64,000 nucleotides of DNA, from positions 78,200 through 142,199 of the forward strand of contig CAYWJO010000005.1 of assembly GCA_964458565.1 (NCBI GenBank), written 5' to 3'. The DNA is from an uncultured archaeon (lineage in GTDB: Archaea; Asgardarchaeota; Thorarchaeia; Thorarchaeales; Thorarchaeaceae). Of the stretch, positions 20,874-30,717 are shown in pieces; position 1 is the first letter of the stretch; each line of letters starts with the position of its first letter. The position numbers and the translations under genes are program-made. The notes under the pieces were generated by a model. That model had not been told where the DNA came from and searched no databases. It was given only the letters and a program-made list of their open reading frames with translations.

Positions 20874-21645
20874 TATACATCCTGTGAAAAAATGATATCT
20901 TTTCCTCTAAATAGCGTTGAATTCTGAACATAGCATTCTTGCTTTTTTGCATCATGATTGGTAAGATAGATTCTACAAGAACTAGTCCTTCAGGTGGAGC
21001 TGGTTCTATTCCTCCAGCAATAGGTCTGAATGAAATCAAATCACGAATAATTTCAGGTGGAAGGCTTCCTTGACCTATTTGTACTAAAAGGGCTACTATT
21101 TTTCTGACCAACTTCCAGAGGAACCTTGTCCCAAAAAAATCGAAAATCAATATTTCATCAGTTTCTCGTACCGATGCATTTAGTATCGTGGAATCAGTAC
21201 TACGATCTCCATCAGGTTTAGAAATAAGCGCATAATTATTACTGCCAATAAGATATCGGATACCTGTCAGAATCGCATTAATATCAACATTTTTCGATTC
21301 TTTTAATTGATAATATCTGTAATGTCTTGCCAACACACTGAAACGCGGCTTAAAATTATCAGGAGCTAGGCCATATGCCCATAATGAGATATCGTCTGGT
21401 AAATGCTTGTTTATCTGATCAAGATTCAGTTCTCTATCTGTGCTTATCAGTCCAATCTGCCCAAAGCTGTGTACACCCTTGTCAGTTCTTCCAGCGAGCT
21501 GAATTGTATCTATTGAATGAGTTCTTTTGTCCCATTTTTCTACTGCATTAATAATCTCGCCTTGTATTGTTCTCAGATTTGGTTGCCATTGAGAGCCATA
21601 ATATTCCGTTCCAACATAGAAAACTCTGACTAAATAATCAGTCAC
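20818..21645 (-). CDS. truA: tRNA pseudouridine synthase A
   Basis: Y.GT.Y.G.Q.QP...TIQ, AGRTDKGVH, R.YRY, FLWK.VR, APPEGL; start placed at GTG 21645. Confidence 0.9.
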   Translation of the reverse strand: MTDYLVRVFYVGTEYYGSQWQPNLRTIQGEIINAVEKWDKRTHSIDTIQLAGRTDKGVHSFGQIGLISTDRELNLDQINKHLPDDISLWAYGLAPDNFKPRFSVLARHYRYYQLKESKNVDINAILTGIRYLIGSNNYALISKPDGDRSTDSTILNASVRETDEILIFDFFGTRFLWKLVRKIVALLVQIGQGSLPPEIIRDLISFRPIAGGIEPAPPEGLVLVESILPIMMQKSKNAMFRIQRYLEEKISFFHRMYTTFYGVNDDFLADLKFPF

Positions 21646-21661
21646 AGATGTTGCCACTCCA

Positions 21662-21946
21662 TTACGAATCCCAAAGATCAAGTAAGTTCTTGAGAGCTCG
21701 AGCTCTCAGGTCCTCAGCGCAATAACGATATATCTTGATTCGTCCAAAGGTCTTTTCCTCAACAAGACCTGCTTCCATCAAAGTCAGAAGATGCGACTTT
21801 GTCGAACTATGATTGAGTCCAATCCTTCTACAGAGTTCTGATATATTAAGTTCAATGGCATCAGCTAATTCCTTTACTACCTTGATTCTTCCTCTTGATG
21901 AGAATAACTCCTCAATTGCAATCTTAGGGGCTGTTTCATCAGCCAT
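21662..21946 (-). CDS. Small winged-helix protein downstream of cdc6
   Basis: LFSSRGRIKV, ELNISELCRR..LNH.....HL..L...GLVEEK.FGRIKIY. Confidence 0.8.
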   Translation of the reverse strand: MADETAPKIAIEELFSSRGRIKVVKELADAIELNISELCRRIGLNHSSTKSHLLTLMEAGLVEEKTFGRIKIYRYCAEDLRARALKNLLDLWDS

Positions 21947-21947
21947 A

Positions 21948-23153
21948 TCATTTCCTCCGGTCTTCTAGTAATTTGAGGAGAAATTGTTCTAATAGTTCAG
22001 CTGGCACATCTGAGAGTCCAATCATAGTAGTTTGTCCTCTTTGTCCTACTCCTGAACGTTTCGTGTCAATTGTACCATGGGCATTCAAATCTTGTATCCA
22101 TTCCCAGACTTGTGTATGAGCCCGTGGTTCCACACCGTACTCTTCACAAATCGAATGGTACATTTCCTCCACCTCGCCCATCGTTACATATGCTCCACGA
22201 TTCTCCTTTAGTTGCCTAGCTGCTCCAAGTAATAGCAATTTATTCTGTAGTGGTAACGCAGCGAAAATCTCTTTCCTAAGTTCTGGATGCGTATCTGCTT
22301 TTGCTTTGCGTGCATAATCAGGAATAACTCTGTCAGAACACTCACTATCAGCCTGTTTTCCTGCTCGTAATAGCAACTCTATTGCATATCTTGCATCTCC
22401 TCTTTCAGATGCTATATCACATATTATTTGCAGCGTTTCACTCATCACTACTTTGGGCTCAAATGCCATATTTGCTCGCTCGCTTAAAATATCGTAGAGC
22501 GCTTCTGAAGCATACCTACGAAATCTTAAGACATTCCTCTGAAGTGTACTTGATGTGCTCTGATCCAAAATACTGTCATCAAGTGGGATTTCTCGACCCA
22601 CCACTATTATAGAAAGACGTTGTGGGGCATTCAACCTATCATCCATCAATCTCGTAAGATCATATAGAATATCTGCACCCTTTTGTTTGATGAAATAGTC
22701 CAATTCGTCTAAAACCAACAGAAGATATCTATCTTCTGTATCTAATGCCTCTAGTAACATCTGCAAAAGCTCTTCTGGTGAATGTCCGCGTTTCGGAAAC
22801 TTAGGCTTAAATTCTCTCAGCATTCGAAGATATACCAGATATGAACTCTTGTTCACTCTACAATTGATGTGTATTTTGTGAAGTCTTATTCCACGTTTCT
22901 CGGCAGCTTTAACCATTTGATCGGAGAATCTCTTTGCAACTGCAGTTTTTCCTGTACCAACAGGACCTTCTATCACTACTCTATGACTAGTATTACCCGG
23001 TGAAGTTATCATTGTCTTGAAATAACGTGCTAGAGACCGTAACTCCTCCTCTCGATGTGGCAAAGATTCGGGAACATAATCAATGGATAACAACTCCTCT
23101 GCCTTGAATACACTTTTTTTACTTAGTTCATCTTCCACAAAGTCGCGAGGCAT
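21948..23153 (-). CDS. cdc6: Cdc6/Orc1 initiator (copy 1)
   Basis: DYVP..LPHRE, GPVGTGKT, HINC, LDELD, GDARYAI, C-terminal wHTH. Confidence 0.93.
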   Translation of the reverse strand: MPRDFVEDELSKKSVFKAEELLSIDYVPESLPHREEELRSLARYFKTMITSPGNTSHRVVIEGPVGTGKTAVAKRFSDQMVKAAEKRGIRLHKIHINCRVNKSSYLVYLRMLREFKPKFPKRGHSPEELLQMLLEALDTEDRYLLLVLDELDYFIKQKGADILYDLTRLMDDRLNAPQRLSIIVVGREIPLDDSILDQSTSSTLQRNVLRFRRYASEALYDILSERANMAFEPKVVMSETLQIICDIASERGDARYAIELLLRAGKQADSECSDRVIPDYARKAKADTHPELRKEIFAALPLQNKLLLLGAARQLKENRGAYVTMGEVEEMYHSICEEYGVEPRAHTQVWEWIQDLNAHGTIDTKRSGVGQRGQTTMIGLSDVPAELLEQFLLKLLEDRRK

Positions 23154-23250
23154 TAGAGTCCATAAATCCTGCCTTCATCTCACCTTAAAAGAGTTGTGTG
23201 AATTGTGCGATTAAATGCACATTAATGGAGGAGGTATCCGAAAGTATTAG

Positions 23251-23325
23251 TGGCGAGCTCTGCACTCAAGATCCATATCATCGTCATTACTGACTCATTG
23301 GGGTCAATGCAGTCATCACTCGCCA
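23251..23325 (-). ncRNA. Candidate box C/D guide sRNA (predicted target Cm34 of tRNA-Leu(CAA))
   Basis: 7-bp terminal stem TGGCGAG/CTCGCCA, C box GTGATGA, D' ATGA, C' ATGACGA, variant D box CAGA; D guide complementary to ACTCAAGATCCA; TTTTAAG TATA-like box about 25 nt upstream. Confidence 0.65.
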
Positions 23326-23375
23326 TATCTGAATTGGTTACAGTCCCTTAAAATCTCTAGTAAATCATGAAATAA

Positions 23376-23482
23376 TGGTGCGGCCACCGGGAATCTCTCA
23401 GAAAACGGAAATCGGAATCTGATTCGAACCCGGGCTAGAGCCTTGGGAGGGCTCTATCCTAACCAGACTAGACCATGGCCGC
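23376..23482 (-). tRNA. tRNA-Gly(CCC) with 30-nt T-loop intron (59/60, 23393-23422)
   Basis: GCGGCCA...GAGCC-CT-CCC-AA-GGCTC...CCGGG-TTCGAA[intron]T-CCCGG-TGGCCGC-A-CCA. Confidence 0.9.
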
Positions 23483-23594
23483 TGAAAATTGAGTTTGCAA
23501 TAGTTTTGATAAAAGAGTATCGGCAATTCCCACAAGTCATATTTAGATAACTTTAGAATTATTATTTGCCTAATCATACTGGGAGCTACAATAT

Positions 23595-24194
23595 TTGTCA
23601 GACAAAGAAATAAACGACATTCGTGAATTAATCGATTCGATGCAATCGCATCTTGTATTGCTGTTCGACGAATTAAAGGAACTTAGAAATCGATTAGAAC
23701 TCATAAGTAGAGAAGCACCCGATGTTTCTACAGGTACAGTTGTCTCCCTCTTTTCCGGTGTCAAAAAAACTGAAGAATCTATAGACTCCATATCTAAAAA
23801 ACATCCTGAAGAAACCATAAGTCCGCAAGTGTCCACAGCTTCTGAATCCACCAGTCCTTCTCTTGAGTCTGTTAGCGAAATCCCAATCACTGAAGAATCA
23901 GCATCAAGTGAACCTGATACTACACTAAAACCAATTTCAAGCGCCAAAGTTTCTCGCTTGTTAGATCCAATTGCCCATGAATTACATACTGGAGAGGCTC
24001 CTGCAGAAGTAATTGCAGAATATCTTCAAGCAGCTAAAGATAATCTCATCAATTCTGAAAATCCGAATGAACGTGTCGCACGTGATATGGATGTGGTTTT
24101 GAAATTCCTCAGAGCTCGAGGGCGAAAGGGGATAAGACCTGAAGAACGTGAAAATATAATGAAAAGGATACGTCGCTGGAAAGCCAATTTATAA
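23595..24194 (+). CDS. Hypothetical protein (coiled coil, S/E/T-rich linker, helical C-terminal domain)
   Basis: 199-aa ORF with protein-like composition; no family recognised. Confidence 0.6.
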   Translation: MSDKEINDIRELIDSMQSHLVLLFDELKELRNRLELISREAPDVSTGTVVSLFSGVKKTEESIDSISKKHPEETISPQVSTASESTSPSLESVSEIPITEESASSEPDTTLKPISSAKVSRLLDPIAHELHTGEAPAEVIAEYLQAAKDNLINSENPNERVARDMDVVLKFLRARGRKGIRPEERENIMKRIRRWKANL

Positions 24195-24234
24195 TTACTG
24201 ACTTTCCAGAGAGTTCTTTGCGTGTCAATGTTAA

Positions 24235-24513
24235 TTATATGTCAATAATGATTCTCTTGACTTTGGTCTTTGATATCTTCTTTAGACCGTGTTGTCCAGG
24301 TTCATATCGGCATTCTAACAGACCTGCTTCAAAGAGGATTTTTATCTGAGCACTAGCATTTGCTTCAGTTCCTCCAAGAAATTTTGCTACTCGAGTGACA
24401 TCTTTTTCACCCTGTAGCAGATGCTTTAGTATATCGAGTCTCGTCTTTGATGAAAGTGCCCTTCCTATTCGTAATATTGCATTATCATCGCTTATCTCTA
24501 ATGTTTCAGACAG
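24235..24513 (-). CDS. ArsR-type winged-helix regulator, apparent CTG start
   Basis: Missing from ORF track; reads (L)SETLEISDDNAILRIGRALSSKTRLDILKHLLQGEKDVTRVAKFLGGTEANASAQIKILFEAGLLECRYEPGQHGLKKIS...IIIDI*; GAGGTG SD 6 nt before CTG, in-frame TGA just upstream. Confidence 0.8.
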   Translation of the reverse strand: MSETLEISDDNAILRIGRALSSKTRLDILKHLLQGEKDVTRVAKFLGGTEANASAQIKILFEAGLLECRYEPGQHGLKKISKTKVKRIIIDI

Positions 24514-24716
24514 TAGTCACACCTCGCATGAGTTGACTGTTGCTCAAATAAGGGTTTAATATATCTATCTATAACAACCTCATTATTTTTCTCTCAGACA
24601 GATTCTATCGTTTCTCATTCCTAGGTTGACAGCTTGATACTCAAATTTGTCTAACCAATAATGAACGATTTAATATGATTGTTTTTTGATTATAGACCAA
24701 GTACAAGTTTGAATCG

Positions 24717-26801
24717 ATGTCAATCCTTATAGCCAAATCACCCAAGAGAATCTTGAGTGCAGAGCCTATGGGCGATGATGACGAATTTATTGTTGGATTC
24801 GATATCCACCCTTCTCATAGTCCCCGGTCTACTAAGAGACCCAAGTTTGCTTGTGCTGTTCTACGTAGTGGTGTAATACTTAGCGAGCATCCTGAGGTTT
24901 CTAGAAGCACCCTTCTAAAATTAGTACAGGAAATTAAACCGCGTTATCTTGCAACCGATAATGTATTTGAAATCGTTCCTGACAGTAAATCACTATTCCG
25001 ATTTGTTGATAGAATTCCCCATGAAACACGAATTGTTCAGGTGACTGGTGTGCCGCCTCGTCAGATTGCCTTAAAACGACTGGCAAAAAGACATGGAATT
25101 TCAGTAAGAGGAAAACCAACCCCACTTGAGTCTGCAGTTATAGTAGCAAAGCTTGCATTCATTGGAGTAGGTTATACTCTAGAATGCTTTGGAGATCACA
25201 CTGAAATCAGAGTTACTCGAGGCCGAAAACCTGGTCGGGGTGGTCAAAGTGCCAATAGATTCAGAAGAAAAGTACACTCTCTTATCCAACAAATGACACG
25301 TTTCATAGAATCCGAATTGACCCAAGCTGAAATAGAGTATGATTTAGATTTAAGAGAATCTGATTTTGGCTATTCTAGCTCACGCATAGTTGCATATGCA
25401 CCTCTTCCAGCTATAAAAGACCTGATTGAAATACGAAGGGGTCGTGATATCAATGTTGGAATCTCTCCTGTCCGAAAACGTGCAGAGTTTTTACCTTTAG
25501 AGCCAAAACCAACTCCCTCTACTATTCGTCCCAAGTTCTTTATCCTTGGGATTGACCCAGGAACAACAGCTGCAATATGTCTCATGACACTAGACGGACA
25601 CGCACACTATCTAAAGAGTGCTAAGGGCCTCACACGTGCTGATATAATCCGAGATGTATACGGACATGGTATTCCAATATTGATTGCTGCAGATGTTGAT
25701 ACAGAACCACGATTCGTCAAGAAAATTGCCAGTACTCTCAATGCAAACTTGTATACGCCTAACAAACCAATTCCAATTGCAGAAAAGAACGAGATTGCAC
25801 GCGAGTTTTCCGAGCGAATAAAAATCAAAAATGCCCACGAACGCGATGCTCTAACGGCTGCAGTTTATGCATACAGAAGTATCTTACCAAAGCTACAGCA
25901 AATTGATCGAAAAGTGCGAGAAGAGCAATTAACTATTGATCGTACCCATCTAAAGGCATTGGTTATCAAGGGCATTCCAATGAATGAAGCAATTGGAAGT
26001 CTTATTAGCGCAGAACTTGAGGTTGCAGAAATTCCTCCTGAAAAAGCAGAGCCTGAGGAGGAGATAATTACACAGGAGAAATATGATAATCTAAAGAAAA
26101 AACACACCGAATTACTAGAAGATAACGATTCTCTCCTGACACAGATTGAAGACCTAAAACGAATTGTGGAGTTTCTAAGGTTCAGAGAAAGCGAACTGGA
26201 ACATAGTCTAGAAATCGTTAGTCGTGACACCTATTGGAAGGTTAAGCGAGACCGCGAATTAGCCAAAAAGGCATCCGAGGTAAAGAATCTTCAAAATGAA
26301 ACTAATAAATTCGAACAAGAGGTAAAGCAACTAAAAAGCCGGCTTGACCTTTTACGTGGTGTCAAGCGTCTCGAAATGCGTGGAGATATGTTGGCAATAA
26401 AAACAATCGAGAAGTTCACACAAGAATCGATTGATGAATATCAACGAAAAGTAGGTCTGAAGAGTGGAGATATAGTTCTATTTGAAGATGCTAGCGGTGG
26501 TGGGCACCATACTGCAGGTTTACTAATCGAACGTGAAATTCGTGCTGTGGTAGTTGACACACCTTTATCCCATCTAGCGAAAGACAAGTTGATTAGGTCA
26601 CTAATACCGGTCGTAGATGCTAAAGAAGTAGAGCTCCAACGAATCGATGAATTTGCATTCATTAGTAGAAAGAAATTCGAACAACAACTTCATGATTTTC
26701 TGAAAGATGTTCGTGAAAAGGCACGACAGAAGGGTGAAGAAGAATTGATTTCCATGATAGAAGAATATAGGCATGGCGCCATCGATGATCGCGCGTTATA
26801 A
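24717..26801 (+). CDS. DUF460 family RNase H-fold / coiled-coil protein
   Basis: LATDNVFE, GR.PG.GGQS.NRF.R, ILGIDPGTT, NAHERDAL, long coiled coil. Confidence 0.85.
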   Translation: MSILIAKSPKRILSAEPMGDDDEFIVGFDIHPSHSPRSTKRPKFACAVLRSGVILSEHPEVSRSTLLKLVQEIKPRYLATDNVFEIVPDSKSLFRFVDRIPHETRIVQVTGVPPRQIALKRLAKRHGISVRGKPTPLESAVIVAKLAFIGVGYTLECFGDHTEIRVTRGRKPGRGGQSANRFRRKVHSLIQQMTRFIESELTQAEIEYDLDLRESDFGYSSSRIVAYAPLPAIKDLIEIRRGRDINVGISPVRKRAEFLPLEPKPTPSTIRPKFFILGIDPGTTAAICLMTLDGHAHYLKSAKGLTRADIIRDVYGHGIPILIAADVDTEPRFVKKIASTLNANLYTPNKPIPIAEKNEIAREFSERIKIKNAHERDALTAAVYAYRSILPKLQQIDRKVREEQLTIDRTHLKALVIKGIPMNEAIGSLISAELEVAEIPPEKAEPEEEIITQEKYDNLKKKHTELLEDNDSLLTQIEDLKRIVEFLRFRESELEHSLEIVSRDTYWKVKRDRELAKKASEVKNLQNETNKFEQEVKQLKSRLDLLRGVKRLEMRGDMLAIKTIEKFTQESIDEYQRKVGLKSGDIVLFEDASGGGHHTAGLLIEREIRAVVVDTPLSHLAKDKLIRSLIPVVDAKEVELQRIDEFAFISRKKFEQQLHDFLKDVREKARQKGEEELISMIEEYRHGAIDDRAL

Positions 26802-27065
26802 TCATTCAGGGATCTGAATCCATAGAATGTTATTTCCACGAATGAGTACTGAACCATACTTTGCCTTTATTTGGTCGTTTTCAAGCTCTTCAGCATTTGA
26901 TAATGTAAGGTTCATATACATATCACATCGTGTGAGCTGGCCCCGGAAAACTCTCTGGTCTTTTAGTTTGATTGAAATAACATCATTGAGAGCAGCTTCA
27001 AGAGCTTTAATTGGCATCTTCTCAGGCACAGTAATATCCTCAATCAGGTGCCCTTCGTGAATCAT
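26802..27065 (-). CDS. Sm/Lsm family protein
   Basis: P...L......I.IKLK....F.G.L...D.YMNL.L..AEE...YGSVLIRGNNILWI; true start probably downstream of the ORF start. Confidence 0.9.
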   Translation of the reverse strand: MIHEGHLIEDITVPEKMPIKALEAALNDVISIKLKDQRVFRGQLTRCDMYMNLTLSNAEELENDQIKAKYGSVLIRGNNILWIQIPE

Positions 27066-27097
27066 TTAAAGTCTTTGATGCGAAGCAATAGCTTGTA

Positions 27098-28135
27098 TTG
27101 ATAAAGCTTGAATTACATTCAGGTTGGAGAATGAACACTATGCGACTAAATTGTATTGGCTTAGAAGGAACTGCACACTCTTTTGGTGCTGGTATAGTCA
27201 CAGATGAAGGTGAGGTTCTAGTCAATATATGGGATATGCTATCTCCAAATGAGGGGGGTATTCATCCAAGAGAAGCTAGCCGCCATCATTCAGAACTTGG
27301 ACCAAAAATCATCAAAGATGCATTTCATCAAGCAGGTATAACGCCTTCAGAGATAGATTTAGTCGCATTCTCACGGGGTCCAGGACTTGGACCATGTCTA
27401 AGAGCTACAGCGACTATGGCACGTACGTTGGCAATGAGTCTCAATGTACCCCTTGTTGGAGTAAATCATTGCATCGCGCATATCGAGATTGGATGTTTGG
27501 AATCCAAATTCATAGATCCAGTTACAGTATACGTATCAGGAGGTAACTCTCAGGTTATTGCATTTGCTGGAGGTAGATATCGAACCTTTGGTGAAACACT
27601 AGATATCGCGATTGGCAATATGCTTGATGTTTTTGGTCGTTATGCAGGTATGCCATTTCCTGCAGGACCCATAGTTGAACGTACAGCAAAAGATGGCAGA
27701 GTGTACCATACTTTACCTTACTCTGTAAAAGGGATGGATCTAAGCTATTCAGGTATGCTGACTGCTGCTAAGAAACTCTATGATGAAGGTAAATCGCTTC
27801 CAGATATCTGCTTCAGTATCCAAGAAACTGCATTTGGTATGATTGGTGAGATTGCTGAGCGTGCAATTGCTCACACAAAGAAGAAAGAACTACTTCTAAC
27901 AGGTGGAGTCGCACGCAATACAAGGCTTACTGAAATCCTTCAAGGTGTTGCAAATCGTCATGATATAGCATTCCACAGAGTATCGCCTTCTCTCGCAGGT
28001 GATCAAGGTGCAATGATAGCATGGACTGGAATTCTCCAATACAAGGCAGATGATTTTCTTGAAATCAGTAATTCGTATGTATTGCCGAAATGGAGGACAG
28101 ATGAACAAGATATTCTATGGAGAGATAGTCAATGA
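27098..28135 (+). CDS. kae1: KEOPS t6A synthase Kae1
   Basis: GLEGTAH, GGIHPRE, GPGLGPCL, VNHCIAHIE, VSGGN, GETLDIA.GN, GAMIA. Confidence 0.95.
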   Translation: MIKLELHSGWRMNTMRLNCIGLEGTAHSFGAGIVTDEGEVLVNIWDMLSPNEGGIHPREASRHHSELGPKIIKDAFHQAGITPSEIDLVAFSRGPGLGPCLRATATMARTLAMSLNVPLVGVNHCIAHIEIGCLESKFIDPVTVYVSGGNSQVIAFAGGRYRTFGETLDIAIGNMLDVFGRYAGMPFPAGPIVERTAKDGRVYHTLPYSVKGMDLSYSGMLTAAKKLYDEGKSLPDICFSIQETAFGMIGEIAERAIAHTKKKELLLTGGVARNTRLTEILQGVANRHDIAFHRVSPSLAGDQGAMIAWTGILQYKADDFLEISNSYVLPKWRTDEQDILWRDSQ

Positions 28136-28761
28136 ATGAAGAGCTACTAACACTTGGTGCAGAATCCGAGATTTTCCGCTTGCACAGATGGGGATTAGAT
28201 TTAGTGAGGAAACGGCGTCCCAAGAAGCCCTATCTATTAGAATCTATAGATGAAAATCTACGAAATACTCGAATAAGTAGAGAGTGCAAGATGCTCACAA
28301 TAGCTCGGACCTTGGGTGTACCAACACCTTCTGTATATGCTATCAACTATGAAGATAAATCAATAATAATGGATTATATTGAAGGCGAACAGCTAAAGAC
28401 TATTGTTCCCCTGATAAATGACGATGAACGAGAGTCACTATGCAAGATGTTTGGACAATATCTTGCTAAATTGCATCTTGGTGATGTAGTTCATGGCGAC
28501 CCAACTACAAGCAATCTAATTGTTGACAAAAAGGGAAGAATCTGGATGATTGATTTCGGACTAGCTGAAATGAATGCTACTTTGGAAATGAAAGGAGTAG
28601 ATTTACATCTTGTCCATCGAGCCTTAGAAACAACACACTGGAATTATCAGGATAGCATGCTTAATGCCGTTCTGAATGGTTACTCAAACGTTATAGGAAA
28701 TGAAGCTGAGGAAATCTTCGAAAGAATGAAAGAAATCAGAGAACGTGGTAGGTATCACTAA
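28132..28761 (+). CDS. bud32: KEOPS kinase Bud32
   Basis: GAES, K.R..K.Y, HGDPTTSN, IDFGLA, VDL, RGRY C-terminus. Confidence 0.93.
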   Translation: MNEELLTLGAESEIFRLHRWGLDLVRKRRPKKPYLLESIDENLRNTRISRECKMLTIARTLGVPTPSVYAINYEDKSIIMDYIEGEQLKTIVPLINDDERESLCKMFGQYLAKLHLGDVVHGDPTTSNLIVDKKGRIWMIDFGLAEMNATLEMKGVDLHLVHRALETTHWNYQDSMLNAVLNGYSNVIGNEAEEIFERMKEIRERGRYH

Positions 28762-28852
28762 AACTCCTTTTCACAAGCTTTATATCGAAACCCAGAGCGC
28801 CGTCAAGACGAACCCGTTTTCTGGGGAAATATAGCCTTCAGAGGTTATCTTA

Positions 28853-29314
28853 ATGGCAAGAATGCACACACGACGAAAAGGTCAATCTGGAAGTAAAAGA
28901 CCTTCCACTTTACTCAAACCCGAATGGATTGAAGAAGAAAAGAATGCAGAATGGGTTGAGGAGAAAGTAATTGAACTTGCCAAAGCAGGTAACACACCAT
29001 CTATGATAGGTACTATATTGCGTGATCAATATGGAATTCCTCTAGTAAAAATCATTACAGGGAAAAGTGTTCTAGATATTCTAAGGGCAAATGACCTTAC
29101 ACGAAGAGTCCCAGAAGACCTTCGGAATCTAATAGCAGCTGCAGCGCGAATGCGTAGACACCTTGAAGAGAACAAAAAGGACTATGTATCAAAACGCTCA
29201 TTGCAACTTGCGGAAAGTAAAATCCATCGTCTTTCCAAGTATTATCGTAAGCAACAAGTTCTTTCAGCTGATTGGAAATACAGTCCTGATCAAGCTGCAG
29301 TACTTCTAAGATGA
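28853..29314 (+). CDS. rps15: 30S ribosomal protein uS15 (S15P/S13e)
   Basis: MARMHTRRKGQSGS.RP, PSMIG.ILRDQYGIP, PEDL, ESKI.RL.KYY. Confidence 0.97.
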   Translation: MARMHTRRKGQSGSKRPSTLLKPEWIEEEKNAEWVEEKVIELAKAGNTPSMIGTILRDQYGIPLVKIITGKSVLDILRANDLTRRVPEDLRNLIAAAARMRRHLEENKKDYVSKRSLQLAESKIHRLSKYYRKQQVLSADWKYSPDQAAVLLR

Positions 29315-29376
29315 TTCCTTAGAACATTCCTTCCTGAGATAGTTTTATCATTGAGCAGAATTTCTATATCTGCGTA

Positions 29377-30717
29377 ATGAGTCCTGAAAGCTCCAATCCT
29401 GAAAGTCTAGCGGAACTTCAAACTGCTTGTAAGACTATATCTGAATTGACATCTACACAATTCACAATTGTATGTTCTCCTTATCCAGAGATGATGCTGT
29501 CAGGTGCACTTCTCTGCAAGGCAATCATGAGAACGAAAAGATTGTTTCAGGTCCAATATTCAGAACCAATAATCCCATTTACGAAATTAAATGCTATGCT
29601 GGAAAAACATCCTAATTCCACTATGATTTTCATTGGAGTTAATATTGAAGGTAAAGGACAATTATATCCAGTCAAACATCCGATACTCATGATGGCTGGT
29701 GAAACTAAATCTAGAAGCTCAAAAATCATAAAATTAGGGTTCCATGATTCTATTTCCGCTCTAACATACTCGTTCGCTCAAACTCATTTTAGAACAACGA
29801 ATGAAGAGCTAACATTAGCTGCAATTGGAACACTACTTCAATATGGAAGCAGCCATCAAAAAAAGGGTGCAAATCTAGAAATAATTCAGCAAGCCATCGA
29901 AAAGAAATTACTTCAGAATACTAAGGGATTCAGACTTTTCGGAAAGAACTCATTGCCTATTTACGACTCACTTTTCTATAGTATTCATCCGTATATACCT
30001 AGGATTAGTGGCAATGAGGAAGCTTGTAATGAGATAGTTGAGCGAGCTGAAATTCCATTATCAAAGAGGAATTTTTCACTTGACGCACTTAGTTCAAGTT
30101 ATGCACAAGCAATGACCCAACAGATTGTGCCAAGAATAGATTCCATGATGACTTCCTCTATTCTTGGTCCCGATTTTCTTCTCTTGAGAGAAGATTCTGA
30201 TACCCCTCTTCGCTATTTATCCAGTGTCAATGCATTAGTCAATACTTCATGGGCTCGAAGGAAAATTGGAGACTCTTTCGCCGTTTGGCTTGGAGATCGA
30301 GCTAGGTCTCTTAGAAATTTACTTGATTCTCATATGATTCATTGCAGAAATGTACTTGCAGGTGTCAGACTTCTCAAATCTCGACTCGAATCACTTGATG
30401 TTAAAATCGAATCTCTTAATGAAAGAATTGTAATAATCCCGCCTTTAGGAATACATATTGAATCATTATCCGATGTCGGTATTATTGCTCTTACTCACAA
30501 AATCATAGAAGCAGATACAGCAATATTACAATCCGAAAACTCAATCGATGTTGTCAATCTAGACCAGGATTCATTCTTTCTTTTACTAAAAATTCTTTCA
30601 GATTTTGGTATCAATTATATTACAACATCTCGGAAGTCATTGAGAGTGGTTGAAACATCTAAACAAGATAGACAAACCGTTCTAAATGCAGTCACCAAAA
30701 TGACAAAGGGTGAATAA
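29377..30717 (+). CDS. Degenerate RecJ/DHH protein, GAN/Cdc45-like
   Basis: Sits between rps15 and pcc1, the GAN position; retains LAAIG..Q, G.N..I, L..S..PYIP.ISG.E; catalytic DxD/DHH motifs not visible. Confidence 0.7.
   Translation: MSPESSNPESLAELQTACKTISELTSTQFTIVCSPYPEMMLSGALLCKAIMRTKRLFQVQYSEPIIPFTKLNAMLEKHPNSTMIFIGVNIEGKGQLYPVKHPILMMAGETKSRSSKIIKLGFHDSISALTYSFAQTHFRTTNEELTLAAIGTLLQYGSSHQKKGANLEIIQQAIEKKLLQNTKGFRLFGKNSLPIYDSLFYSIHPYIPRISGNEEACNEIVERAEIPLSKRNFSLDALSSSYAQAMTQQIVPRIDSMMTSSILGPDFLLLREDSDTPLRYLSSVNALVNTSWARRKIGDSFAVWLGDRARSLRNLLDSHMIHCRNVLAGVRLLKSRLESLDVKIESLNERIVIIPPLGIHIESLSDVGIIALTHKIIEADTAILQSENSIDVVNLDQDSFFLLLKILSDFGINYITTSRKSLRVVETSKQDRQTVLNAVTKMTKGE

Noticed and set aside
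23154-23375. Replication origin upstream of cdc6 copy 1
   Set aside because: No ORB-like repeats recognised; the space is explained by promoters and the C/D sRNA candidate
28791-28826. CCCAGA/TCTGGG stem upstream of rps15 as an autoregulatory leader
   Set aside because: The left arm lies too close to the TATA box and is probably upstream of the transcription start
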